A stretch of DNA of 64,000 bases from Squalus acanthias (lineage: Eukaryota). The DNA is taken from positions 119,724,001-119,788,000 of the forward strand of contig CM059431.1 in the NCBI GenBank assembly GCA_030390025.1. The letters are read 5' to 3'. Every line of letters starts with the position of its first letter. The stretch's first letter is position 1. Shown here in pieces: positions 63,606-64,000 of this stretch. The translations under genes were made by a program, and so were the position numbers. A model generated the notes under the pieces. The model saw only the letters and a program-made list of their open reading frames with translations, was not told the DNA's origin and ran no database searches.

Positions 63606-64000
63606 CGTTCTAACAATGACAGGGAAAGACTTCTTCCATGTGCTAGGTGTAGGGTAACTGAGCATATTTATGGTTTCATTACTCCTAGTACAATGAGGAA
63701 ATGTTCCTATTCTGCAACTGCACTTACACTTATATCATAATGCAAAGTAATCTCCACTGACTCTAACCTTGTTTTCTCCACCACTAGAACTCAGGGCAGT
63801 TCGGCATGATAAGTAAGAAGTGATTTTGTTTTAAAGCTCAATGAACCAAAAGCATAAGTCTATATATAGTCAAAAATAAATGAAAGGGAAGAGTTAAAAG
63901 CATTAACACAATGCTAAGGATTATTTAGCATGTGAGTTAAGCATACAGGAAGTTGTGTTCAATCTGAACAACTAAAATAGTAACACATACTGTGGAAAAC

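Overview
Eukaryotic, vertebrate genomic DNA. The repeat inventory (HE1/V-SINE, SacSINE1-like DeuSINE, CR1/HER1-type, L2 and RTE LINEs, Penelope-type terminal fragments) points to a cartilaginous fish (shark). No host protein-coding gene could be identified. The window looks intronic or intergenic and is dominated by decayed, often nested transposable elements. These include PIF/Harbinger elements carrying Myb/SANT and DDE-transposase remnants plus many derived MITEs, two solo-LTR-like insertions with 4-bp TSDs, Penelope-like palindromic fragments with 12-bp TSDs or hammerhead-ribozyme core remnants, and a 4.5-kb 33-bp minisatellite that accounts for all the very long ORFs. The most striking signal is a CR1 3' fragment at about 40215-40460. 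It differs from a sibling copy in this window mainly by A-to-G changes on the LINE sense strand, with ADAR-like neighbour preference, so it is a probable genomic fossil of an A-to-I hyper-edited retrotransposon RNA. All counts are from manual reading and are approximate.
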